A stretch of 64,000 nt of DNA, taken from contig JADLCD010000107.1 in the NCBI GenBank assembly GCA_020847395.1, positions 1,108-65,107 on the forward strand, in the 5' to 3' direction. A program made the translations under genes and the position numbers. Of the stretch, positions 26,477 through 34,613 are shown piece after piece (position 1 is the first letter of the stretch; each line of letters opens with the position of its first letter). Source of the DNA: Chitinophagaceae bacterium (GTDB lineage: Bacteria > Bacteroidota > Bacteroidia > Chitinophagales > Chitinophagaceae). The notes beneath the pieces are model-generated. The model was not told the DNA's origin. It was given only the letters and a program-made list of their open reading frames with translations, and searched no databases.

Positions 26477-27529
26477 TTACTTCATTGTATATAGTGCAAT
26501 AGCTGCCGTAAGCACCATATTGAACAATGCCAAAGGTATTAATCCTTTCCAACCCAAATTCATTAATTGATCATACCTGAAACGGGGCAATGTCCACCTG
26601 ATCCACATAAAAACAAAAATCAGTATAAATGTTTTGCCGAATAATGCGGCTACACCGGTTAACAATGCCGTAACACCGGAAAGTTTTGATTCATCAACAA
26701 ATGGCATATCGTAGCCGCCAAAAAATAATGTGGCTATGATAGTGCAACTGATAAACATATTTATGTATTCGGCAAAAAGATAAAACCCGAGTTTCATGGA
26801 AGAATACTCCTGGTGATAACCCATATTCAATTCACTCTCTGCTTCTGGAAGATCAAATGGCGCACGGTTACATTCCGCCAACGCACAAACGAAGAATATA
26901 AAAAATCCGAGTGGCTGGTAAACAATATTCCACCAGTTGCTATTGATTTGTTGCTCTACAATAGTTTTTAAACTTAAAGAGCCGGTAAGCATAAGTAATG
27001 CAATCAATGATAAACCCATTGCTAATTCATAGCTGATTGCCTGGCTGGCACCACGGAGCGCAGCCATGAGCGAGAATTTGTTATTGCTTGCCCAGCCCCC
27101 GATCATAATGCCATATACACCCATACTCACCACGCCAAACACATACAAAATACCAATATTGATATCTGCAATTTGTAAATCAATCATTCTTCCGCCTATC
27201 TCAACTGTTCCGCCCCAGGGAATAATAGCGGAAGTCATCATTGCGGTAAGCATGGCAAGGCAGGGTCCTAATATAAACAACCATTTGCTCGAATTATTGG
27301 GAATGACCTCTTCTTTAAAAAATAGCTTTAATCCATCTGCCAGCGGCTGCAGTATACCGAAAGGCCCTGCACGGTTAGGTCCATGCCTGTCCTGCATAAC
27401 GCCGGCTACTTTTCTTTCGGCGTATGTGGCATACATAGCAACAATTAGTGAAACTGAAATAACGATAGCGATCAATACCATTTTCTCTATTACAAATGCC
27501 CAATCTAATGCCAGTATACTTATACTCAT
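26477..27529 (-). CDS. nuoH: NADH-quinone oxidoreductase subunit H
   Basis: 350 aa with AERKVAGVMQDRHGPNRAGPFGILQPLADGLK, the NuoH/ND1 signature. Confidence 0.9.
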   Translation of the reverse strand: MSISILALDWAFVIEKMVLIAIVISVSLIVAMYATYAERKVAGVMQDRHGPNRAGPFGILQPLADGLKLFFKEEVIPNNSSKWLFILGPCLAMLTAMMTSAIIPWGGTVEIGGRMIDLQIADINIGILYVFGVVSMGVYGIMIGGWASNNKFSLMAALRGASQAISYELAMGLSLIALLMLTGSLSLKTIVEQQINSNWWNIVYQPLGFFIFFVCALAECNRAPFDLPEAESELNMGYHQEYSSMKLGFYLFAEYINMFISCTIIATLFFGGYDMPFVDESKLSGVTALLTGVAALFGKTFILIFVFMWIRWTLPRFRYDQLMNLGWKGLIPLALFNMVLTAAIALYTMK

Positions 27530-27556
27530 AAAAGTGTATTCGGTATGCTTGAAATA

Positions 27557-28651
27557 TTATTTACCCGTTTTTGTATCAAAATCCGTTGAATGCGCCGGCC
27601 CGGGAATGGCAGCCAGGTTCACATTCGGCTTGTTCACCTCACTTACACTGTGAATATCCATCAATAATTTTGGTTGTCTTCCATTCATCACTTTGCTGAA
27701 TGTTTCATCCGGCATTTTTAAACCTACATAGTGTCCCTGTGATATTACAGAATGCCTGTTTACATTAACCGGCCCTTCTATCGTCCAGTCTTTAATATCT
27801 TTTCTTTCAAAGCGACAGGTGTTGCAGATCCATTCTTCCACCTCACCCCATTGATCTTTGCGGGCAGTAACACGCAATACTTCATCTCCTCTCATCCACA
27901 AGTGTACTTTACCGCTGCATTTATCGCATTTGCATGATGCGTTTACCGGTTTGGTAAACCACACACGATTTTTAAAACGGAAAGTTTTATCTGTTAATGC
28001 ACCAACCGGGCAAACATCAATTACGTTTCCTATAAAATCATTATCCAGCGCTTTCTCTATATAAGTAGCTATCTCAGCATGATCACCCCTGTCGAGCACA
28101 CCATGTACTCTTTTGTTAGTAAGCTGTTCTGCAACAAATACGCAACGATAGCAAAGTATGCATCTTGTCATGTGCAGTTGAATATAGGGACCGAGGTCGT
28201 GTTTTTTAAAGGTTCTTTTGGCAAATTCAAACCGTGTGCCTTCCTTGCCATGCTCATAGCTTAGATCCTGCAGGTGACATTCTCCGGCCTGGTCGCAGAT
28301 AGGACAATCAAGCGGATGATTGATCAAAAGAAATTCTACTACACCGGCCCTGGCATCCTGCACTTTTTCACTCGTAATATTTTTTACGATCATGCCATCC
28401 ATCACATTCGTTCTGCATGATGCTACCAACTTTGGCATTGGTCGCGGGTCAGCAGTTGAGCCTGCAGCTACTTCTACCAGGCAGGTGCGGCACTTACCAC
28501 CACTGCCCTTGAGCTTGCTATAATAGCACATTGCCGGCGGTGTAACATCACCGCCTATCTGCCTTGCAGCATTCAGGATGCTTGTGCCCGGCTCCACTTC
28601 AACAGTTATGTTGTCGATAGTAACCTTGAATAATTTTTTTTCTTCAGCCAT
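27557..28651 (-). CDS. nuoG: NADH-quinone oxidoreductase subunit G, short form (2Fe-2S plus 4Fe-4S domains, no molybdopterin-like domain)
   Basis: N-terminal 2Fe-2S ferredoxin (CYYS...CRTC), HPLDCPICDQAGECHLQD, CILCYRC and VCPVGAL cluster motifs. It ends after a CKCDKC...CNTC Cys-rich segment at 364 aa. Confidence 0.8.
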   Translation of the reverse strand: MAEEKKLFKVTIDNITVEVEPGTSILNAARQIGGDVTPPAMCYYSKLKGSGGKCRTCLVEVAAGSTADPRPMPKLVASCRTNVMDGMIVKNITSEKVQDARAGVVEFLLINHPLDCPICDQAGECHLQDLSYEHGKEGTRFEFAKRTFKKHDLGPYIQLHMTRCILCYRCVFVAEQLTNKRVHGVLDRGDHAEIATYIEKALDNDFIGNVIDVCPVGALTDKTFRFKNRVWFTKPVNASCKCDKCSGKVHLWMRGDEVLRVTARKDQWGEVEEWICNTCRFERKDIKDWTIEGPVNVNRHSVISQGHYVGLKMPDETFSKVMNGRQPKLLMDIHSVSEVNKPNVNLAAIPGPAHSTDFDTKTGK

Positions 28652-28657
28652 AATATT

Positions 28658-28698
28658 TTTCAGGCGGCGAACGCAACGAATCAGCGACGCAGCGTTTT
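28658..28698. repeat. Half copy of the family 1 element (direct repeat of 29097-29139)
   Basis: TTTCAGGCGGCGAACGCAACGAATCAGCGACGCAGCGTTTT versus TTTCACGCGGCGAACGCAACGGTGCAGCGACGCCGCGAATTTT. They are identical at 32 of the first 37 positions and in the same orientation. The half copy overlaps the stop of the GxxExxY gene and lies 6 nt upstream of the nuoG start. Confidence 0.6.
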
Positions 28699-29074
28699 AT
28701 AATTTATTTGCTATTCTGTGTATACCATCTTTCATTAGCACTATATTAAAATTAATCAGTAATCCAAGCTTTAAACCCGACAATTTCAAATAGGTTAATA
28801 CCTGTTTAAAATGGATATCAGCTACGGCTTCTATACTTTTAATTTCAACAATTACTTTATTTTCAATGATCACATCTGCCCTGAACCCTATTTCCAACTT
28901 TACTTCTTCGTGAACAAGCGGAATTGCTTGTTGCCTTTTAAAGAAAACTCCTGTTTTACTTAATTCATAACAGAAAATTTCTTCGTATACACTTTCAAAA
29001 AGTCCTGGACCATATTTCCTATGGATCCTGAATGCTATATCAAGAACTAAGGTGGCAATTTCATTTTCGGTCAT
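28697..29074 (-). CDS. GxxExxY family protein (PD-(D/E)XK nuclease-like fold, function unknown)
   Basis: 125 aa with the motif GPGLFESVYEE (G-x-x-E-x-x-Y), then the D...E.K-type core (ADVIIENKVIVEIKS) and the ending ...GLLINFN....DGI.R. It is inserted between nuoF and nuoG. Confidence 0.8.
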   Translation of the reverse strand: MTENEIATLVLDIAFRIHRKYGPGLFESVYEEIFCYELSKTGVFFKRQQAIPLVHEEVKLEIGFRADVIIENKVIVEIKSIEAVADIHFKQVLTYLKLSGLKLGLLINFNIVLMKDGIHRIANKL

Positions 29075-29096
29075 AGGTTAGCTATTTATTATTTTA

Positions 29097-29182
29097 TTTC
29101 ACGCGGCGAACGCAACGGTGCAGCGACGCCGCGAATTTTATCTCCCATTGCGTCGCCGCTCCTCCGCGAGCGCCGCGTGAAA
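29097..29182. repeat. Full 86-bp palindromic element, family 1
   Basis: 12-bp perfect termini TTTCACGCGGCG / CGCCGCGTGAAA. The inner pairing is GCAGCGACGC / GCGTCGCCGC (one mismatch). It sits between the nuoF stop (29191) and the GxxExxY start (29074). Confidence 0.65.
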
Positions 29183-29190
29183 CTCCCTCC

Positions 29191-30540
29191 CTACGCCACC
29201 ACCTCTCTTGCATCCGCATAATGCGCCAGGCCGTAATTCCTGCGCTGGCATTCTTCCGGGTTCAGCACATGCCATTCAAACTCATCCCGGAAATGACGGA
29301 TTGCCGCCGCAACAGGCCATGCCGCTGCATCACCCAAAGGACAAATGGTATTGCCTTCAATCTTGCGCTGTATATCCCATAACAAATCAATATCGCTCAT
29401 CTTTCCTTTGCCCGTGTCAATGTTCTTCAAAATCTTTTCCATCCAGCCTGTACCTTCACGACAGGGGCTGCATTGCCCGCAGCTTTCATGACGGTAAAAA
29501 CGGGCCAACGTATAGGTATGCTTCACCACGCACTGATCTTCATCAAATACAATAAAACCGCCACTGCCCATCATACTGCCTGTGGCAAAACCACCATCAC
29601 TCAGGCTTTCATAATTCATATACCTTGTTTCACCTTTAGCTGTTTTCAGCAAAAGATTAGCAGGTAAGATAGGCACAGATGCCCCCCCGGGTATGCAGGC
29701 TTTTAACCTTTTACCATTTGCAATACCTCCGCAATATTCATCACTGTAAATAAATTCTTCCACGCTGATGGTCATATCTATTTCATATACACCGGGCTTA
29801 TTGATATTGCCACAAGCGGAAATTAATTTTGTGCCGGTTGAGCGGCCTACACCGATCTTCGCATATTCTTCACCCCCAAGGTTTATAATAGGTACAACTG
29901 CAGCAAGTGTTTCCACATTATTCACCACCGTTGGGCGATCCCAAACACCCTTTACCGCAGGAAACGGAGGCTTGATGCGGGGATTACCTCTTTTGCCTTC
30001 CAGTGATTCAATCAATGCCGTTTCTTCACCGCAGATATACGCACCGGCGCCACGCTGCACATATATTTCGCAATCGAAACCGGAGCCTAAAATATTTTTT
30101 CCCAGAAAACCATTTGCTTTTGCTTCGGCAATAGCCTGCTCTAATATATCAGGAATCCAGGCATATTCGCCGCGGATGTAGATGTATGTTGCATTACTGC
30201 CCAACGCAAATGAACTGACAATTAAACCTTCAATCAACAAATGCGGAATGAATTCCATCAGGTAGCGATCCTTAAAAGTTCCCGGCTCACTTTCATCAGC
30301 ATTACATACCAGATGGCGTGGAATGCCTTCCGGCTTAGCAATGAAACTCCACTTCATGCCGGCAGGGAAGCCGGCACCGCCACGACCACGTAAACCGCTT
30401 TTCTTAACTTCTTCAACGATCGCTTCAGGCGTCATCTTCAAAGCTTTTTCCACCGCAGCATAGCCACCCTGTTTCCGGTATGTATCGTAGTAACGGATAC
30501 CTTCCACATGCGCATCTTTTAATAATAATTTTACTCCCAT
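29191..30540 (-). CDS. nuoF: NADH-quinone oxidoreductase subunit F
   Basis: FMN/NADH-binding motifs (GLRGRGGAGFP, ESEPG) and the 4Fe-4S motif ESCGQCSPCREG. The start is set at Met 30540, because the longer ORF (to 30627) would overlap the upstream gene that ends at 30576. Confidence 0.9.
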   Translation of the reverse strand: MGVKLLLKDAHVEGIRYYDTYRKQGGYAAVEKALKMTPEAIVEEVKKSGLRGRGGAGFPAGMKWSFIAKPEGIPRHLVCNADESEPGTFKDRYLMEFIPHLLIEGLIVSSFALGSNATYIYIRGEYAWIPDILEQAIAEAKANGFLGKNILGSGFDCEIYVQRGAGAYICGEETALIESLEGKRGNPRIKPPFPAVKGVWDRPTVVNNVETLAAVVPIINLGGEEYAKIGVGRSTGTKLISACGNINKPGVYEIDMTISVEEFIYSDEYCGGIANGKRLKACIPGGASVPILPANLLLKTAKGETRYMNYESLSDGGFATGSMMGSGGFIVFDEDQCVVKHTYTLARFYRHESCGQCSPCREGTGWMEKILKNIDTGKGKMSDIDLLWDIQRKIEGNTICPLGDAAAWPVAAAIRHFRDEFEWHVLNPEECQRRNYGLAHYADAREVVA

Positions 30541-30575
30541 ATTCTGATCAGCGATATTATTGCGATCGCTTAATT

Positions 30576-31016
30576 TTATTTTGGTTGTTCGGGCAATTTG
30601 GTAGCCTGCCTGGCTGCCAGTTGCCATTTGCCTTTTTTATTTTTTACCCAGAGCTGCAATACATGCAGCGCTATCTTAAATTCCTTACCGGTGTTCAATC
30701 CTTCTGCTACTCCGGTATATCGCACTGTTGCCCAATCTTTACCAATGGCTGCAACATAAAGGTTCTCTCTTTCTATTTTCTGATAAACAAGCTTTCCACT
30801 CTTGCAATCATTGATCACCTCATCTCTTGTTTGTACCCACCCTGTTGAATGCCCGAAATTTACATTATCAAACAGGAGTTCCTGCAAATCCTGGAAATTC
30901 TTTGCGATCAATGCATTCTCCAGTTTTGCAACGCTTTCCTTCACTACCACACTATCAGTTTGCGCATGCACAATTGCTGTTGTAAAGAACAATATTATGG
31001 CAAAAGCAAACCGCAT
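30576..31016 (-). CDS. Secreted NTF2-like / DUF4440 (SnoaL-like) family protein
   Basis: Signal peptide MRFAFAIILFFTTAIVHAQ, then a pattern typical of DUF4440 (..GHSTGWVQTRDEVI...ATVRY...LHVLQLWVKNKKGKWQLAARQATKL). The start at 31016 leaves 4 nt after the nuoE stop. Confidence 0.7.
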   Translation of the reverse strand: MRFAFAIILFFTTAIVHAQTDSVVVKESVAKLENALIAKNFQDLQELLFDNVNFGHSTGWVQTRDEVINDCKSGKLVYQKIERENLYVAAIGKDWATVRYTGVAEGLNTGKEFKIALHVLQLWVKNKKGKWQLAARQATKLPEQPK

Positions 31017-31020
31017 ATAC

Positions 31021-31521
31021 TTAGTTATTCGTTGCAGCATTCCTCCTGCATTCTTCAATAATCGCGTTTACTTTTTCTTTGGTAAGATGCTCTTTATAAT
31101 GCTTGCCCATCTGCATCATAGGTGCATACCCACAGGCGCCAAGGCACTCCACTGTTTTAAGGGTAAACAAACCATCACTGGTTGTTTCGCCCGGTTTAAT
31201 GCCCAATCTTTCACCTATATATGCTACAATATCATCGCTGCCTTTAATCATGCAGGGACCTGTCTGGCAAACCTCAAACATATATTTGCCCACCGGCTTT
31301 AAATTATACATGCTGTAAAAAGTAGCTACCTCATATACTTCAATCGGTTCAATCTTTAACAGTGATGCTACATAATCCATCGTTTCCGGGCTCAGCCAGC
31401 CGAATTGTTCCTGTGCCAGGTGCAATACAGGCAACAAGGCGCTTTTTTGCTTTCCTTCCGGGTAGCGGGCTATGATCTCATCTACCTTTTTTAATTTCTC
31501 TTCAGAAAACTCCATTTTCAA
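31021..31521 (-). CDS. nuoE: NADH-quinone oxidoreductase subunit E
   Basis: 166 aa thioredoxin-like 2Fe-2S subunit (CQTGPC ... CLGACGYAP). Confidence 0.9.
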   Translation of the reverse strand: MKMEFSEEKLKKVDEIIARYPEGKQKSALLPVLHLAQEQFGWLSPETMDYVASLLKIEPIEVYEVATFYSMYNLKPVGKYMFEVCQTGPCMIKGSDDIVAYIGERLGIKPGETTSDGLFTLKTVECLGACGYAPMMQMGKHYKEHLTKEKVNAIIEECRRNAATNN

Positions 31522-31543
31522 ATTTTCAAATTTTCAAATTGGA

Positions 31544-32791
31544 TTACGCATCCATTTCTCCTGCTATCAAATTCAAACTACTCATTACAACTACAGCATC
31601 TGCCAGCATAGCATTTTTTACCATTTCAGGGTAAGCCTGGTAATATATAAAGCAAGGCCTCCTGAAATGCAGGCGATACGGCGCACGCCCTCCATCGCTT
31701 ATCAAATAAAAACCAAGCTCACCATTAGCGCCTTCCACACTATGCCAAACTTCACCCGCAGGTATTTCAGTTTCGCCCATTATAATTTTAAAATGCCATA
31801 TCAGCGCTTCCATCTTCGTGTATACATCCTCTTTAGGAGGAAGATAGTACTCAGGCACATTGGCATGATATACTTCGGCTTCGGCGCCTTTAAACTCCTG
31901 TATCTTTTGATATGCCTGGCGAATAATGCTTAATGATTCCCACATTTCCTGGTTGCGCACCAGCCAGCGATCATATACATCACCCGTTGTACCTACAGGA
32001 ATATTAAACTCAAAATCCTGGTAGCTGCAGTATGGGGTATGCACGCGCACATCATAATCAACACCCGTTGCACGGAGGTTAGGACCGGTAAAGCCATAAT
32101 TCAGCGCTCTTTCTGCAGATATAGGGCCGGCACCTTTTGTACGGTCAACAAATATCCTGTTGCGTTGTAAAAGATTTTCAAACTCCTTTAACGCTTTGGG
32201 AAATTCGTGTAAGAATTTTTCAAGCTTGGTCCACGCAGTAGCATTAAAATCCCTTTCAAACCCGCCTATTCTCCCGATATTGGTAGTGAGGCGTGAGCCG
32301 CAGATCTCTTCATAAATTTCATAGATCAGCTCACGATACTGCATTACATACAGGAACACCGATAATGCCCCTGTATCCACGCCAATTACAGAGTTACAAA
32401 TGATATGATCCGCAGTTCTTGCCAGCTCCATAATAATCACCCTGAGGTAATCAACACGCTTGGGTGTTTTTACATCGAGAAGTTTTTCGCAGGTCATATG
32501 CCAGCCCATATTGTTGATGGGGCTTGAGCAATAATTCAGCCTGTCGGTAAGCGGGGTGATCTGGTATAAAGGTCTTCTTTCCGCAATTTTTTCAAAGGCC
32601 CTGTGTATATACCCTACTGTTGGTACAGCAGAAATTATTCTTTCTCCATCAACTTCAAGAATATTCTGGAAAACGCCGTGCGTGGCAGGGTGTGTAGGTC
32701 CAAGGTTTATGGTAACAGTTTCCTTCTCTATCGAGCCCTCAGGAAGTTTTATATTCTGTTCTTTCGTATGTTGTAATAACGCTTCAGCCAT
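31544..32791 (-). CDS. nuoD: NADH-quinone oxidoreductase subunit D
   Basis: 415 aa with LGPTHPATHGV and the C-terminal ...RRPCF..... motifs of the 49-kDa subunit. Confidence 0.9.
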   Translation of the reverse strand: MAEALLQHTKEQNIKLPEGSIEKETVTINLGPTHPATHGVFQNILEVDGERIISAVPTVGYIHRAFEKIAERRPLYQITPLTDRLNYCSSPINNMGWHMTCEKLLDVKTPKRVDYLRVIIMELARTADHIICNSVIGVDTGALSVFLYVMQYRELIYEIYEEICGSRLTTNIGRIGGFERDFNATAWTKLEKFLHEFPKALKEFENLLQRNRIFVDRTKGAGPISAERALNYGFTGPNLRATGVDYDVRVHTPYCSYQDFEFNIPVGTTGDVYDRWLVRNQEMWESLSIIRQAYQKIQEFKGAEAEVYHANVPEYYLPPKEDVYTKMEALIWHFKIIMGETEIPAGEVWHSVEGANGELGFYLISDGGRAPYRLHFRRPCFIYYQAYPEMVKNAMLADAVVVMSSLNLIAGEMDA

Positions 32792-32802
32792 TGCTCTGTT
32801 TT

Positions 32803-33318
32803 TTAAAATGTTCCTCCTCTTCCAAACATTTCATCATCTTTATCAATACGTGTCTGATCTTCCATGGGGTATTCCTTGCGCATGGGGAAATAATCCATTT
32901 CATCCACGTTTAGTATACGTTTCAGGTTAGGATGCCCGATAAAATTTACGCCAAAGAAATCATATGTTTCCCGCTCCATCCAGTTTGCGCATGCATACAA
33001 CTGCGTGGCAGTATACACATCCGGCGTTTCAATATTGGTAAATACTTTAAACCTGATGCGCACATTATCAATCATATTATGCAGATGATATACTACCGCC
33101 AGTTCACGTCCTTGTTGATGAGGGTAATGAACCGCCTGTAAATCTGTAAGAAACCGGAACTTCAAATCAGGATCATCGTATAAGAACTGCAACACTTTCA
33201 GGTTATTTTCTTTCGGCGTTTCAAATGTAAGCATGCCGTAAGGTTCTGTAAAATCGCTTACATTTTCTCCAAACTTTTCAACCAGCCGTTGCTTTATGTA
33301 TTCGTTCGTTAATTCCAT
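32803..33318 (-). CDS. nuoC: NADH-quinone oxidoreductase subunit C
   Basis: 171 aa 30-kDa subunit with the ERE.YDFFG..F.GHP motif. Confidence 0.9.
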   Translation of the reverse strand: MELTNEYIKQRLVEKFGENVSDFTEPYGMLTFETPKENNLKVLQFLYDDPDLKFRFLTDLQAVHYPHQQGRELAVVYHLHNMIDNVRIRFKVFTNIETPDVYTATQLYACANWMERETYDFFGVNFIGHPNLKRILNVDEMDYFPMRKEYPMEDQTRIDKDDEMFGRGGTF

Positions 33319-33341
33319 CCGGATATATGATTGAACTCTTA

Positions 33342-33932
33342 TTATTGAATGCCATAGCTCAGCATCAATTGCTGATACCTGTCACTATTTCTTCTCCTGA
33401 CACTTTCGTTTCCTACCAGCTCCTGCACTGCCAGCACACCATCTAAAATAGCTTCGGGCCTGGGCGGGCAACCGGGCACATATACATCAACAGGAATGAT
33501 CTGGTCAATACCCTGCAATACAGAGTAAGAATCGAATATTCCACCGCTTGATGCGCAGGCCCCTACAGCCATTACCCAGCGAGGCTCAGACATTTGTATA
33601 TATACCTGCCTTAATACAGGCGCCATTTTTTTTGCGATCGTACCCATTACCATCAGCATATCGCACTGGCGGGGAGTAAAGCCCATGCGCTCTGCACCAA
33701 ACCTTCCCAGGTCGTAGTGTGCGCCCATGGTAGCCATAAATTCAATACCGCAGCAGGATGTTGCAAACGGAAGCGGCCAAAGAGAGTTTTTACGGGCAAG
33801 ACCAACCACCTCGCTCAGCTTTGTTGTAAAAAAACCTTCGCCGGTATAGCCTTCAGGAGCATCGAGCATACTGATATGCCCTTCATTATCTCTTGGCTTC
33901 GGACTTATATTAAAACGTACAGGACGTGCCAT
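33342..33932 (-). CDS. nuoB: NADH-quinone oxidoreductase subunit B
   Basis: Has the CCGIE...GACA.SGG...PGCPP cluster N2 ligand pattern. Confidence 0.9.
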   Translation of the reverse strand: MARPVRFNISPKPRDNEGHISMLDAPEGYTGEGFFTTKLSEVVGLARKNSLWPLPFATSCCGIEFMATMGAHYDLGRFGAERMGFTPRQCDMLMVMGTIAKKMAPVLRQVYIQMSEPRWVMAVGACASSGGIFDSYSVLQGIDQIIPVDVYVPGCPPRPEAILDGVLAVQELVGNESVRRRNSDRYQQLMLSYGIQ

Positions 33933-33989
33933 AATTCATTTTTTTAAATTCACAATGCACTCATAAGCATTCAGCACATTGCCGGAATG

Positions 33990-34403
33990 TCAATCTTCCC
34001 ATTTCAGCGCTCCCTTTTTAACTATATAATAAAACCCTGCAATAAAAAAGCCAACAAAAGCCAGCACCGCCATAAAACCGTTCCAGCCCAAATGCCTGAA
34101 GTTTACGGCATAGGGATAAAAGAAGATAACCTCAACATCAAACAACACAAATAATATGGCGACAAGGAAATATTTTACCGCTAATGGCTGGCGGGCATTA
34201 CCATGGCTTTCAATACCGCTCTCAAAATTGTCTAATTTTTCTGCAGTGGCTCTTTTAGGTCCCAACAAGTGGGTAACAATCATCATTACGGCTACAAAGC
34301 CTAATGCAAATACTAACTGCAGGGCGATAGGGAAGTAATTAAACGAACTGTTAACGTCTATTGATGAAACCGGATTGGACTGAAGAAAGAAATACGTTAT
34401 CAT
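33990..34403 (-). CDS. nuoA: NADH-quinone oxidoreductase subunit A
   Basis: 3-TM protein with the ...FESG......R....VKYFLVAILFVLFDVE..F..P motif. It is the first gene of the operon. Confidence 0.85.
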   Translation of the reverse strand: MITYFFLQSNPVSSIDVNSSFNYFPIALQLVFALGFVAVMMIVTHLLGPKRATAEKLDNFESGIESHGNARQPLAVKYFLVAILFVLFDVEVIFFYPYAVNFRHLGWNGFMAVLAFVGFFIAGFYYIVKKGALKWED

Positions 34404-34559
34404 CTCGTCTCAAGATTTACTTTTAAAACAGTAAAACGGAGAAATATATCCAATATTTGACTGCGATGACCTCTATTTTTCCGTTTTCCGTAGATGTGTA
34501 GATTAATCCAGTGGCAAAAATAAGGCAGCCGCAATTAAAAACCATTTTTAAATAAAATA

Positions 34560-34589
34560 AAACCCCGTAATCAATTGATTACGGGGTTT
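34560..34589 (-). terminator. Rho-independent-type terminator of the upstream TPR gene, which insulates it from the nuo promoter region
   Basis: AAACCCCGTAATC-AATT-GATTACGGGGTTT forms a 13-bp perfect stem. On the minus strand it is followed by TATTTTATTT. Confidence 0.7.
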
Positions 34590-34613
34590 ATGATATAGGT
34601 AAAGATTTACAAC

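Noticed and set aside
27066-27653. 195-aa plus-strand ORF
   Set aside because: It is antisense to nuoH and the nuoG 3' end. It has no motifs and is a shadow ORF. The same reasoning applies to 17196-17714, 30802-31302, 31472-31933, 38302-38805 and 39363-39773.
30541-30627. N-terminal extension of nuoF in the ORF track (start at 30627)
   Set aside because: It would overlap the upstream DUF4440-like gene by 52 nt. The extension (MATGSQAGYQIARTTKIKL...) has no NuoF counterpart. The Met at 30540 gives a canonical length.
34404-34559. nuo promoter call from a TATTTTTG match (34515-34522, minus strand) to the Bacteroidota -7 consensus TAnnTTTG
   Set aside because: No convincing -33 TTTG lies at the right spacing. 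An 8-mer match of this kind is expected by chance in an AT-rich 150-bp region.
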